Origin: Spirochaetia bacterium
GTDB lineage: Bacteria > Spirochaetota > Spirochaetia > DSM-2461
Direction: 5' to 3'
NCBI GenBank assembly: GCA_963668315.1
Contig: OY764216.1
Coordinates: 3,360,001 to 3,424,000, forward strand
Length of the DNA stretch: 64,000 bases
Position 1 is the stretch's first letter; every line of letters begins with the position of its first letter. Below, piece by piece: positions 20,352 to 29,621 of this stretch. The notes beneath the pieces were generated by a model, which ran no database searches, had not been told where the DNA came from, and worked only from the letters and a program-made list of their open reading frames with translations. The translations under genes were made by a program, and so were the position numbers.

Positions 20352-21633
20352 CGTTTTCTTCCTCCGAGAATAGTTGTCCGCCGCTATAGGGATTGGAATT
20401 CAGATCAGCTTGAATCTCTGAACGTTTGACCTGGCTATTGATATGCACGTCCATAGGTTTAAGAAATCCTCTGGATTTATCGGCAATAAAGATTTCTACC
20501 CGGCTCATATCCGATTCATCGTAAGAGAGGTAGACCTTCTGCCCTGCCAGACCGATGGGTGCCTGGTATAGTTTTCCCTCGATACTGACCGATCTGTCAT
20601 TGGTTACCGTTCTGAGCAGTCTCTTACGAAAATAATCATTCAGATTCTCCGGAGCCGATCGAAGAAGGGTTAGTGATTTCAAATAACGGTCCAGAGGTTT
20701 CTCCCGGATTGAAGAGTGTTTCCTAATATGATAATTCTCATCAATGAAAGCAGCGAGATGCCCGTTCAATTCCTCCAATGTCAGTTCTTCCGGAAGGGCT
20801 TGAAGAACCTCCATCCTGACCGTCCTGTTAAATCTTTCGATTTTCCCTTTCCCTTGAGGGCGGTAGGGCTTCGCATACGTCAGAACAATCCCCAGAGAAG
20901 CGCAACCGTATTGAAGCTTATGGGATTTGAAATAAGCGCCGTTGTCCGTGTAGAGTTTACGGGGAAGGCCACGCTTAACCAGGGCTTTCTTCATACAGTC
21001 GATAAAATTGTCCACATTCTCCCGTAGATAGAACTGGGCATGGGGAATAAGACGGGAATGATCGTCGATGATGGCGAACATATAGGATTTTCTACGGCGG
21101 CCCTCATGAATGACATAAGGACCGTGCATACAGTCCGATTGCCAGAGGTCATTGGGAAACTCCACTTCGAACTTCAACATATCTTCCTTCTGCTTCCTCT
21201 CCTTACCCAGTCCATGTTTTTTCAGAATTCTATAGATGGATTGGGAGGAGGCGTTGAAGTCGGGAGGAAGTACATTTCTTTGCCGGGCCAGCCTCATCAA
21301 GACGGGAACGGATGCCTTCATAAAATCCTTTCTCAGATTAATGAAGGCCAGTTCTGTTTCCCTGTCCATAATGCGGCATCCGCCCTGGTCCCCCCGGCTT
21401 TTGGGATGCAGACTCTCTATTTGCCGACCGCTGGATTCATACTTTCTGAGCCAACTGAGGATAGTCGCGCGGCTGATATAGGTACGGGTGGAAAAAGGGA
21501 TATTCCACTCCCTAGCCGTCAATTTATCAAGGACATCCCTTTGCATACCCCAATCTTCTCTGCTCAGATCCAGTAAAGGATAGATCACAGAAAACCGGAA
21601 GGCGGCTACTTTTTCTCGTTCTTCTTTGGTCAT
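20344..21633 (-). CDS. DDE integrase/transposase (rve core, Mu-like C-terminus)
   Basis: Motifs 'LWQSD', 'IIDDHSR', 'LYTDNGAYF', 'PQGKGKIERFNRT'; N-terminal HTH. Confidence 0.92.
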   Translation of the reverse strand: MTKEEREKVAAFRFSVIYPLLDLSREDWGMQRDVLDKLTAREWNIPFSTRTYISRATILSWLRKYESSGRQIESLHPKSRGDQGGCRIMDRETELAFINLRKDFMKASVPVLMRLARQRNVLPPDFNASSQSIYRILKKHGLGKERKQKEDMLKFEVEFPNDLWQSDCMHGPYVIHEGRRRKSYMFAIIDDHSRLIPHAQFYLRENVDNFIDCMKKALVKRGLPRKLYTDNGAYFKSHKLQYGCASLGIVLTYAKPYRPQGKGKIERFNRTVRMEVLQALPEELTLEELNGHLAAFIDENYHIRKHSSIREKPLDRYLKSLTLLRSAPENLNDYFRKRLLRTVTNDRSVSIEGKLYQAPIGLAGQKVYLSYDESDMSRVEIFIADKSRGFLKPMDVHINSQVKRSEIQADLNSNPYSGGQLFSEEENDD

Positions 21634-21661
21634 AAAACCTCCTAAAACGTTTTATTTCCAT

Positions 21662-22150
21662 TTAAGGCGGTATTTTATTAGTTGTCACTGCAAAGCTAAG
21701 GTAGGTCATGCAGAGAGCTACCGATTTCACATCATGATTTATCGAATGTGAGGGGAAGCAGAACCGATTCTGAACGCTGTCTGAAAGGAAAAGGGAGAGA
21801 TCAAAATTCAGTCCCTGAATAGCAGCTTGTTTCATCAGTCCCCGATACCAGTATTGCTGCCTTTGACGGCTGAAGGATGTGAACCAGGTATGGGATTCTA
21901 ACTTATGAGAAAGGCTTCGATAAATTTCTGTAGCGGTTGATTGAAACCTGGGGAAATATGCAACAGGCCTGGCCGTATGTACCGCTCCGCACTCGGGACA
22001 GCGGAATCTTTTGAGGTAGAGTCCTTCCGGAAATTCGTCGAAATAACGCAGTACATAACCATGCCCCCAGATCCTGAAACTTTGGCAGGAAGGACATCTT
22101 CTTGGTTTCCTCCAGACATAATTCTTATGTTTCTCTTTAAGGACAGCCAA
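21662..22150 (-). CDS. Transposon-associated Zn-finger protein (DUF6431-like)
   Basis: 'CPSC...WGHGYVLR...RFRCPECGAVHT' directly upstream of the DDE integrase. Confidence 0.7.
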   Translation of the reverse strand: MAVLKEKHKNYVWRKPRRCPSCQSFRIWGHGYVLRYFDEFPEGLYLKRFRCPECGAVHTARPVAYFPRFQSTATEIYRSLSHKLESHTWFTSFSRQRQQYWYRGLMKQAAIQGLNFDLSLFLSDSVQNRFCFPSHSINHDVKSVALCMTYLSFAVTTNKIPP

Positions 22151-22317
22151 ATCCGTCCGAAAATAAATTATGATTTATGGGTTGGGATAGCCGTTCTTGC
22201 AGGAACAATAGGCTATCCCTTTTTTATCGATAATTTATTTTGTGAAAATGAAGTATAAAAATATTTTATTGTGGAATATTGATAGAATAATCTGATAGAT
22301 TAATGTTGGATTCTACA

Positions 22318-22880
22318 ACGGTCAGATCATCATCGAGGAGGTTTCTCCGACCCTATCCATCTTTACCGGGGATATCCGTCTTTCCCTTCTGGAGAAGAAT
22401 CTTTTAGGGGAGATTGATGCACACCTGCACATTAAAGAACTACTGGAGCAAGAGCGGTTTCAGGAATATTCCTATATCCTGATCGATACTCCGCCTTCTC
22501 TGGGAGTCCTGACTCTTAATGCTTTGACAGCTGCCCACCACCTTATCATTCCCATAGCCTGTAAACTCTATTCCCTCCAGGGAACCAATGACCTCATGAA
22601 TACCGTCAGCAAGGTTCGGAAGACTCTCAATCCTGATCTGAACCTCCTCGGGGTTCTGATAGGTCAGTATGACCGGGTACCGGTTATTTCCCGGGAGATA
22701 CGGGAGGAAGTGGAACGTTCCTTCGGTGATCTGGTATTCCCTGTGGTTATCAGCAAGAGTATCCGGGTCGAGGAGGCTATAGCCCAGAAGAAGGGTGTGG
22801 TGGAACTTCCTATCAAAGACCGGATCAAAAAGGAGATTGAAGATGCTGCTCAGGAGCTGATCCGCAGGAGCTCTCTATGA
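22318..22880 (+). pseudogene. parA: 5'-truncated parA of element 1
   Basis: From 22318 the frame reads (D)GQIIIEEVSPTLSIFTGDIRLSLLEKNLLGEIDA...LIDTPPSLG, aligning with the intact ParA at 31039 from about residue 60. The Walker A region is missing and the break lies exactly at the transposon end. Confidence 0.88.
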
Positions 22881-25573
22881 GTAGACGACTCAATGGATCA
22901 ACTCTTCAGGTCAGTGGCTTTCTCGATGAGTTCGAGAAGGACCAGGTCAAACGTGATGTAGACATCGTTTCACTTTTCTCGTCCTTTGGGGTGAGTTTGG
23001 AAAAGCGTGGCGACTCCTATATGGGACTGTGCCCCTTTCATGATGACACCAACCCCTCACTATCTGTAGACCAGGAGAGAGGTCTCTTCCACTGTTTTGG
23101 CTGTGGAGCTTCGGGAGATATTTTTGATGTGGTCATGAAGCTCAGGGGACTGGACTTCAAAGAGGCATTGGCCTACCTGAAGAACGGTACCGCTTTGGAA
23201 TCTCCTCCTGTTCCCCAAAATCCTCCAAGGCCTCTACCGGCACCCGAAACGGAACCGGAGGAAGAGACTCTTCCTAATGATATCAAGCTGAATACAGTCT
23301 GTGAGCATTACCATACCCAGCTTTCCAAGTTCCCCGAAGCAGTGGAATATCTGGAAAGCCGGGGACTACTTAACTGGGAACTTTTGAACCGACTGAACAT
23401 TGGCTATGCTCCGGGGAATCTTCGGGAGATAGTGGGTGACCGACAGTATAAGATGCTCAAGGATTCCGGTGTCTTCACTGATAAGAACCAGGAAGCTTTT
23501 ACCGGTTGTATCACCTTTCCGCTTTCCGATGAGTCCGGTAAAGTTGTTGGTCTCTATGGTCGAAAAATCTCTTCCAGCGGCAGAGTCAAACACCTGTACC
23601 TCAAGGGGCCCCATAGAGGACTTTTCAATGGGAAAGCGTTTACAGCTTACCCGGAGCAGATCATCCTCACAGAGAGCGTTATAGACGCCCTCTCCCTAAT
23701 GGTAATGGGGATTCCGAACGTTGTCCCGATCTACGGCACTAATGGGGTAACCAGTGACCACGCTGATGCAATCAAGGAAGTTAGGACAAAAGAGATTGTT
23801 CTGGCTCTTGATAATGATGAGGCTGGAAGAATGGCTTCTGCTGAGTTAAAGGAGAAGCTTCTTACCTCCGGTGTATCTGTCCGTGAAGTCTTTCCTCCTG
23901 AACCGCACAAAGACTGGAATGATGCACTGCACGAAGGGTTTTGTGCAGAGCAGTTTTCCTCACTTTGGCAGGGCGCTATCGTGACCCAGCCGTCCCAGGC
24001 ATCCCAATCAGAGGGAGCATCCCTCCAGGTTGAAGAACGGGAGGGAAGCTATTATTTTTCCCTGGGGAATATCGACTACCGTATATCAGGAGTTAAAGAA
24101 GGGTTCATCTCTTCCCTGAAGATAACCTTGAGAGCTAAGAAGGAGGAGCAGAAATTCATCGATAAAACAGACCTCTATTCAGCTCGGAGTCGTACCTCAT
24201 TGGCTATGGCACTATCTCGGGAACTCCAGGAGGAGTCTGGCCGAATAGAGAAGGACCTGATGATCATCCTGGAGTGGCTGGAAGCGGACCGTGACAGAAA
24301 GCTCTCTGGGATTGAGGAAACTGTGCAGAAGCACCTCACGGCTCAGGAGGAGATTCTGGGAATGGCTCTCCTGACAGCTCCTGATCTTTTCGATAGGATT
24401 GAAGAGGACCTGTCTTCCCTCGGATATGTTGGAGAGTCGGTAAACAAGATACTCATGTATCTGGCTGCTTCCTCCCGGAGGATGAAGGACCCAATCTCAG
24501 TGATCGTTATCTCCCAGTCTGCTGCCGGTAAGAGTTACCTTATCGACACTGTAAAGAAGCTGATTCCTGCTGATGAGGTTATTTCCCTGACCAGTCTTTC
24601 CGACCAGGCATTGAACTACTTACCTGAGGAAGCACTCCTGCACAAGTTCCTTGTTATGGGGGAGGCGGTGCATTCTGATATCGTTGATCATCAGCTGAGA
24701 GAGATGCTTTCCGGTCATGAACTATCTCGATTGGTAACTTCCAAGGATGAGAAGACCGGGCGGATGATGAGTAAGCTTATCCGTAAAAAAGTCATCGTCT
24801 CTGCCGTGATGAGTTCTACCAGTAACGATATCAACCCGGAGAATGCTTCCCGGTGTTTCGTTATCAATACCGATGAGACGGAGAATCAAACCAGAGCTAT
24901 CCATAAACTCCAGAGACAGAAGTACACCTTGGAGCGGTACCGTAAGAAGGAGACGGAAGTCCCGAAGATCATAGAGCAGCACCTGGCCGCCCAGAGGCTT
25001 CTACAGGATCGAATCATAGTAAACCCTTTAGCTGAGTATCTGGACTTCCCGGCCACACAGATGAGGGCCAGGCGGGACCATGAGCGCTTTATGGACCTGA
25101 TTGCTTCAGTGTGCTTTCTGAGGCAATTCCAGAAGGAGGAGAAGACCGATGGAGAGCAGACGTTTATCGAAGTGGACCTGACCGACTACTCGCTGGCATA
25201 TCGCATCATGACCGCAGTTCTTCCCGCTACATTAAGCAACTTCCCCAAGAGTGCACAGCTCCTCTTTGACTATGTTTCTCAGTTGCTAAAGGATAAAGCG
25301 GAACGGGAGAACCTCTCCCTTAATGAAGTTGCTGTCACTCAGAGGGAGATCAGGGAAGAGACCGGGTTATCCCATGACATAGTCAAACGGAACATGAGGC
25401 TCCTGTGTGAGTATGAGTATGTGCAAGTCAAACGGAAGAACTATGGTGGTTCCTGGCGTTATTATCTTCCCCATGGGGATTCTCTGAATATTCTGGACCT
25501 GTCGGCCATCCCGTCCCCTGAAGCCATGGAGCAACTAATCCGGGGTACCGGGGCAGAACCGGGGCAAGAATAA
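22877..25573 (+). CDS. CHC2 Zn-finger/TOPRIM DNA primase fused to a P-loop ATPase/helicase-like domain
   Basis: CPFHDD...CFGC zinc finger; TOPRIM 'ILTESVIDALS', 'LALDNDEAG', 'KDWND'; Walker A-like 'SQSAAGKS'. Confidence 0.9.
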   Translation: MSRRLNGSTLQVSGFLDEFEKDQVKRDVDIVSLFSSFGVSLEKRGDSYMGLCPFHDDTNPSLSVDQERGLFHCFGCGASGDIFDVVMKLRGLDFKEALAYLKNGTALESPPVPQNPPRPLPAPETEPEEETLPNDIKLNTVCEHYHTQLSKFPEAVEYLESRGLLNWELLNRLNIGYAPGNLREIVGDRQYKMLKDSGVFTDKNQEAFTGCITFPLSDESGKVVGLYGRKISSSGRVKHLYLKGPHRGLFNGKAFTAYPEQIILTESVIDALSLMVMGIPNVVPIYGTNGVTSDHADAIKEVRTKEIVLALDNDEAGRMASAELKEKLLTSGVSVREVFPPEPHKDWNDALHEGFCAEQFSSLWQGAIVTQPSQASQSEGASLQVEEREGSYYFSLGNIDYRISGVKEGFISSLKITLRAKKEEQKFIDKTDLYSARSRTSLAMALSRELQEESGRIEKDLMIILEWLEADRDRKLSGIEETVQKHLTAQEEILGMALLTAPDLFDRIEEDLSSLGYVGESVNKILMYLAASSRRMKDPISVIVISQSAAGKSYLIDTVKKLIPADEVISLTSLSDQALNYLPEEALLHKFLVMGEAVHSDIVDHQLREMLSGHELSRLVTSKDEKTGRMMSKLIRKKVIVSAVMSSTSNDINPENASRCFVINTDETENQTRAIHKLQRQKYTLERYRKKETEVPKIIEQHLAAQRLLQDRIIVNPLAEYLDFPATQMRARRDHERFMDLIASVCFLRQFQKEEKTDGEQTFIEVDLTDYSLAYRIMTAVLPATLSNFPKSAQLLFDYVSQLLKDKAERENLSLNEVAVTQREIREETGLSHDIVKRNMRLLCEYEYVQVKRKNYGGSWRYYLPHGDSLNILDLSAIPSPEAMEQLIRGTGAEPGQE

Positions 25574-25687
25574 TAATCTCAAACAAATCGTTTCAAATAA
25601 AGTATTTAGAGCAAACCGGGGCAACCGGGGTATCGCGAAAGCTAAGTAATATCTCCTTGCCCTGTATTTAATTACAAGAAACCGGGG
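25540..25687 (+). repeat. Six CCGGGG iteron-like repeats around AT-rich spacers (candidate origin of element 1)
   Basis: CCGGGG at 25540, 25548, 25559, 25616, 25625 and 25682, mostly as AACCGGGG(C/T). Confidence 0.65.
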
Positions 25688-25718
25688 CGTAAATCCCGGA
25701 AAGGGTAAGGCAAAGCAT

Positions 25719-26621
25719 ATGGAAAAGTTATTGAAAGAGTATGAGACCAATCTGAAATCCAGAGAAATTAGAAGCTGGAAAGACTTCATCGCTCAGATCA
25801 GGCTCTTCATAAAATGGTGTAGTGAAGAGAACATTGAACCTTTGGAAGTAACAGAGGATGAAGCTCAGGACTGGATCATCTCTATGGTGGAAGGGAATCC
25901 TCCTCTGAACAGAAAGACCATCAATCGGAAGCTGGGAATTGTAAAAGGGTTCTATCGGTTCCTCGAAAGACAGGGAGCTATCGCTCAAACTCCTTTCTAC
26001 TACCAGAAGCCCTTAAAGACTGGAAGAACACTTCCTAAGTCTGTTCCCAATCCTACCGATCTGGACCTTCTTATCAAGAACTTCAGTATCTTTTCCCAGA
26101 GTGATCGTATGCTCAAAACCATGATCGAGATACTCTATGGAAGCGGACTACGGATCAGTGAGGTGGTGGCTCTGAGGTTGGAGGATATCCACGGGGAATC
26201 CCAGACCCTGACCATCCATGAGAAGAAGACGGGAAAAGTAAGGGAAGCTCCTGCAACTTATGCTTCCATACAAGCTATCAGAACTTACCTCGATGATATT
26301 CGTCCTCGCATCATGAATGCTTCAGAACTATCGGAGACCTTCCTCTTCCCTCAACAGGGCGATACCACTATTCGGTGCAAGATGAACCGGAGATTGAAGC
26401 GGGAGTGTATGAGGTTAGGTTTACCGGTGCTCACAAGCCATTCCTTCCGCCATGCAGCTGCTACCCATATGCTCAAAGCCGGGGCTGGGATCAGGCTGGT
26501 CCAGAGCTTTCTGGCACATGAGAACATTGCTTCCACAGAAGTTTATACCCATCTCGTGAAGGAAGACCTGAAAGACCTTATCCATAATCTCCATCCCAGA
26601 GAACAGAGGAGAGCTTTATGA
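25719..26621 (+). CDS. Tyrosine recombinase (XerC/D-like), element 1, first of pair
   Basis: 'LYGSGLRISE', 'HSFRH', 'LAH...STEVYTH'. Confidence 0.92.
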   Translation: MEKLLKEYETNLKSREIRSWKDFIAQIRLFIKWCSEENIEPLEVTEDEAQDWIISMVEGNPPLNRKTINRKLGIVKGFYRFLERQGAIAQTPFYYQKPLKTGRTLPKSVPNPTDLDLLIKNFSIFSQSDRMLKTMIEILYGSGLRISEVVALRLEDIHGESQTLTIHEKKTGKVREAPATYASIQAIRTYLDDIRPRIMNASELSETFLFPQQGDTTIRCKMNRRLKRECMRLGLPVLTSHSFRHAAATHMLKAGAGIRLVQSFLAHENIASTEVYTHLVKEDLKDLIHNLHPREQRRAL

Positions 26622-27526
26622 ACTATACGGAACTACTCAGAAATAGCTTGAAGGCCAGAGGGCTCTCTGAGGCTACCATCAGAAGGAAGCTCCAGGAGTG
26701 GAAGCGGTTCTCTGAATATCTTGCCAATCATAACCGGGATATCCGTGATGTGGATGCTTCCTTTCTGGAGAGGTACATCCTCTACATGAAATCAGGTGAG
26801 TATTCGGGAAGCACTCAGAACACAGCCAGGGCCCTCCTTAAAGACCTTTTCGAATTACTCCATAGAAAGTCCCTTATTCTAACAAATCCCTTCTCGGCAG
26901 CTCAGATCGTTATCTCCGAGAAGGGGGGAGCCAAGGCTGTACTGTCCAAGGAACAGGTAGTGGACTTTCTGGAAGTCATCGAACCTATCTCCGGGTATGC
27001 GATCCGTGACAGAGTCATGTTCGAACTTCTCTATGTTACCGCCATGCGGAGTCAGGAACTGGTGAATTTGGATGTTGAGCATCTGGACCTCAAGTCCAAG
27101 GAAGTCTTTATAGCCATGGGGAAAAATCGTAAGGATAGAATCGTTCCCCTGGGGGATACGGCACTGTCCTTTCTGAACCTCTGGCTCAAGAGAGCGAGAA
27201 AATGGTTTACCCTGGAAGAGTCTGGTGCACTGTTTGTTAACGATACAGGAGGTAGGCTTTCTACCTCTACTGTTCGTATGCGGTTCAAGCATTGGTTGAA
27301 GGAGGCTGGCCTCCAGAATAAGGGGTTTACACCTCATTCTCTGAGACATAGCTGTGCCACTCATCTGCTTGAAAATGGTGCTGATATCCGGTATGTCCAG
27401 GAACTTCTGGGGCATGATTCCATTGAGACCACTGCTGATTATACCCGAGATATTGTCAAGGATATCAAGCGTATTCACCGCTCCTATCATCCTCGGGAGA
27501 ATGAGATATTTCCCGAAGACCTTTAA
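26618..27526 (+). CDS. Tyrosine recombinase (XerC/D-like), element 1, second of pair
   Basis: 'LYVTAMRSQE', 'GKNRKDRIVP', 'HSLRH', 'LLGH...TADYT'. ATGA overlap with the first recombinase. Confidence 0.92.
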   Translation: MNYTELLRNSLKARGLSEATIRRKLQEWKRFSEYLANHNRDIRDVDASFLERYILYMKSGEYSGSTQNTARALLKDLFELLHRKSLILTNPFSAAQIVISEKGGAKAVLSKEQVVDFLEVIEPISGYAIRDRVMFELLYVTAMRSQELVNLDVEHLDLKSKEVFIAMGKNRKDRIVPLGDTALSFLNLWLKRARKWFTLEESGALFVNDTGGRLSTSTVRMRFKHWLKEAGLQNKGFTPHSLRHSCATHLLENGADIRYVQELLGHDSIETTADYTRDIVKDIKRIHRSYHPRENEIFPEDL

Positions 27527-27603
27527 CCTTTTAGGAAATAACTGTATACTTCTACTGGTTCTTTGAAATAGGTGAGTAGTCCGTAGAGGAGGCTTACTGC
27601 GAA

Positions 27604-28476
27604 GACGGCCTATTGTGGTATGCCTATGCCAACAATAACCCAATGAAGTTTACTGATCCGACGGGGATGATGAGTGATTCTGCAGCTTTAGCTGCTGCTG
27701 AAGAAGATAGAGACATTGCTGATTCGGATAGTGAATATGGACATACCATGCCCACAAGAAGAGAAAGACGACAACAAAAGAGAGAAGCAAAACACACCTT
27801 AAAAGAGAATGAAAAGCAATATTGGAAAATTTATGAGGATATTGTCAGAATGAGGGAAAAAATCTTTAATTTCGAACCGGGACAGGGCGATATGGATGTT
27901 GCTCTTGATCAATTAAAAGAGCTTCTTTCTGAATATAGTGATCTTCAAATAGCGTCTGCTCTTGATACAATGATTCGAAGTAATGATATTTTTTATGCTC
28001 CTGAAAATTTCAGTGGAGTTCAATATATAAATTATAGTCTCACTGGGATGTTACTCATGAGTGGTTCCGCTGATTATGGTTTTGCCGCTGAATTTAATCA
28101 AGGAAAACTAGTTCAAGCATCACCTTTCGTAGCAGTTAACGGGGGATTTGTAACTAATTTTGGTGTTGACCTTACTGCAAATTTTGGAGTAATGAAGAAT
28201 GCAACTCTGAACGATTTCTTTGGCTGGGGTAATAGTATTTCAGCTAGTGCTAGCCCTGTTCTTGGTATAATTGGGTTATCTGGAGGATTTACAAATATAG
28301 GAAATGATAATTATGCTCAAGATAATATCTATGATGGAGAACTCTATGGATATGAGAAACCTACGAGAAAGTTTTTCAATTCAATTGGGTACTCCGCCAT
28401 TCCTATGGATTTTAGTGTTATGACTGGATATACCTCACAAACAGGAATTGATATATTTGGATTAGGATTGGAATAG
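27604..28476 (+). CDS. Orphan RHS C-terminal toxin module CT2 (core repeat plus Gly-rich hydrophobic tip)
   Basis: Begins with a repeat of the rhs core (DGLLWYAYANNNPMKFTDPTGM), then a tip unrelated to CT1. An independent start is uncertain. Confidence 0.85.
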   Translation, partial: DGLLWYAYANNNPMKFTDPTGMMSDSAALAAAEEDRDIADSDSEYGHTMPTRRERRQQKREAKHTLKENEKQYWKIYEDIVRMREKIFNFEPGQGDMDVALDQLKELLSEYSDLQIASALDTMIRSNDIFYAPENFSGVQYINYSLTGMLLMSGSADYGFAAEFNQGKLVQASPFVAVNGGFVTNFGVDLTANFGVMKNATLNDFFGWGNSISASASPVLGIIGLSGGFTNIGNDNYAQDNIYDGELYGYEKPTRKFFNSIGYSAIPMDFSVMTGYTSQTGIDIFGLGLE

Positions 28477-28728
28477 ATGATATTTAAAATTGCATTGAGT
28501 ATAATTTATCGGATAATAATTTTCACACTCATAATGATTCTCTATTCTAAGAACATTCGAAGTTATTTAAAGTCTCAAAATCTTGAATCCAATTCAGATA
28601 TGTTTAGTAGAAGACAGCTAAAAGATATGATGCTTTATTTTAGAATAAAAAAAAGCGTCTTTAACGCAGGAGGAGTTAGTCTTCTTTTATATTTCTTTTT
28701 TTGCTTTGGACCTGAAATATTTTACTAA
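28477..28728 (+). CDS. Putative membrane immunity protein for CT2
   Basis: Starts immediately after the CT2 stop codon; 83 aa with two hydrophobic segments; AT-rich. Confidence 0.7.
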   Translation: MIFKIALSIIYRIIIFTLIMILYSKNIRSYLKSQNLESNSDMFSRRQLKDMMLYFRIKKSVFNAGGVSLLLYFFFCFGPEIFY

Positions 28729-28915
28729 TTGTGGGACGCGTAGTTTTTTCCTAAAATTCTGTTCAAGGTTATTTCTTATTTGATTGCTGATAGCTGAATC
28801 GGTTCGGCAATTATTCCGAAGCTGCTTTCCTGTACTGCTCAGGAATCTGTACATGGTCTGGGAGCAGGTCGAAGAGGTTTCTTTCCTGAATCAGCTCCCA
28901 GGGGATATCATCCTG

Positions 28916-28977
28916 CTTGAACCATCGCTCCGCATGCCAAAGGTAGACAGAAGCAATGCCTCTGTCTACCGCCGGGG
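28916..28977. repeat. Structured repeat A, copy 2 (3' part)
   Basis: 58 of 62 nt identical to 38460-38521, including the GTAGACAGAAGC/GCCTCTGTCTAC hairpin. Confidence 0.85.
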
Positions 28978-29056
28978 CTGGTCACAAACCGATCCGGTTT
29001 GCTGCTCGCCCATGCATCCTGGGCAATCACAGCGCTACGACCCGGTACGGCCTGAG

Positions 29057-29274
29057 TTCACCGTTGGCCAGGACGGCCAATGGCACATAATACGAAGCTA
29101 AACGAAAGGCGGAGGCCAGGACGGCTGGAGCCGACCCGAAGGGTTTCGATTAGCGTGGATTATGTGTGGGACAGGCGCAGGGGCGATTGTCCCGTCAGCG
29201 GGGAGAATGGGGAAACTAACGAGACCGTTGAACCTGAACCGTCCTATGGTCCGGTCAGGTTAACGGGGTTGTTA
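29057..29274. repeat. Structured repeat B, first copy (candidate att-related structure or ncRNA)
   Basis: Homologous to 40968-41182. Stems CACATAAT/ATTATGTG, TGGCC/GGCCA and CCGTT-G-AACCTGA/TCAGGTT-AACGG. Confidence 0.8.
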
Positions 29275-29298
29275 GTTTTTTTTACCCTGATCATATAA

Positions 29299-29327
29299 TT
29301 GCATAAATGTAGTTACAATGATATAAT
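29299..29327 (+). promoter_or_regulatory. Sigma70 promoter of brnTA (probably leaderless)
   Basis: TTGCAT-17 bp-TATAAT; TGTA-GT-TACA palindrome in the spacer; ATG at 29334. Confidence 0.6.
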
Positions 29328-29333
29328 TATAGT

Positions 29334-29621
29334 ATGCTCTTTGAATGGGATGAAGAAAAAGATAAAATCAACCAGCGGAAACACGGATTGTCATTCAAAG
29401 ATGCCCGGTATGTATTCGCCGATCCCTATGCGGTGACCCGTGACGACGATACGGATGATGAACACCGTCAGCAGATCATGGGGCATATCGGCGGCACCCT
29501 GCTTATTTTGGCAGTCTATACGATGCGGACGAAGCAGGGTGATGAAGTAGTTAGAATAATCTCCGCCCGAAAAGCGACGGCGGCGGAAAGGAGGAAGTAT
29601 GAAGCAGGAAAATGGTTTTAG
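29334..29621 (+). CDS. brnT: BrnT-family toxin
   Basis: 'FEWDEEK...NQRKHGLSF' and 'RIISARKA'. Confidence 0.9.
   Translation: MLFEWDEEKDKINQRKHGLSFKDARYVFADPYAVTRDDDTDDEHRQQIMGHIGGTLLILAVYTMRTKQGDEVVRIISARKATAAERRKYEAGKWF

Larger units (their letters stand above)
19136..22317 (-). mobile_element. Four-gene DDE transposon (Zn-finger protein, DDE integrase, ExeA-like AAA ATPase, small protein)
   Basis: Imperfect terminal inverted repeats: TGTTGAATCACACATTA at 19136 and TGTAGAATCCAACATTA on the reverse strand from 22317. CAGATTATTCT occurs internally near both ends. No target-site duplication seen. Confidence 0.8.
22318..27603 (+). mobile_element. Integrative element 1, core remnant (parA', primase-ATPase, two tyrosine recombinases)
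   Basis: Gene order and sequence are homologous to 31039-36305. Ends at the RHS-core repeat at 27604. Confidence 0.75.

Noticed and set aside
25719..27526. Housekeeping xerC/xerD genes or an integron integrase
   Set aside because: The pairs occur twice, each tied to a primase module. I did not recognise the IntI-specific insertion, and there is no regular attC cassette array.
26879..27643. 254-aa antisense ORF and the many other short antisense ORFs within long genes
   Set aside because: They are shadows of well-supported genes on the opposite strand.
28810..28915. Minus-strand peptide fragment DDIPWELIQERNLFDLLPDHVQIPEQYRKAASE* replacing the 5' half of repeat A
   Set aside because: It looks like a gene 3' end, but I cannot assign it to any family, so it is not reported as a feature.
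28784..29298. ORFs 28784..29101 and 29080..29298
   Set aside because: They run through repeats A and B, whose other copies conserve sequence blocks and stems but contain indels; likely shadow ORFs.
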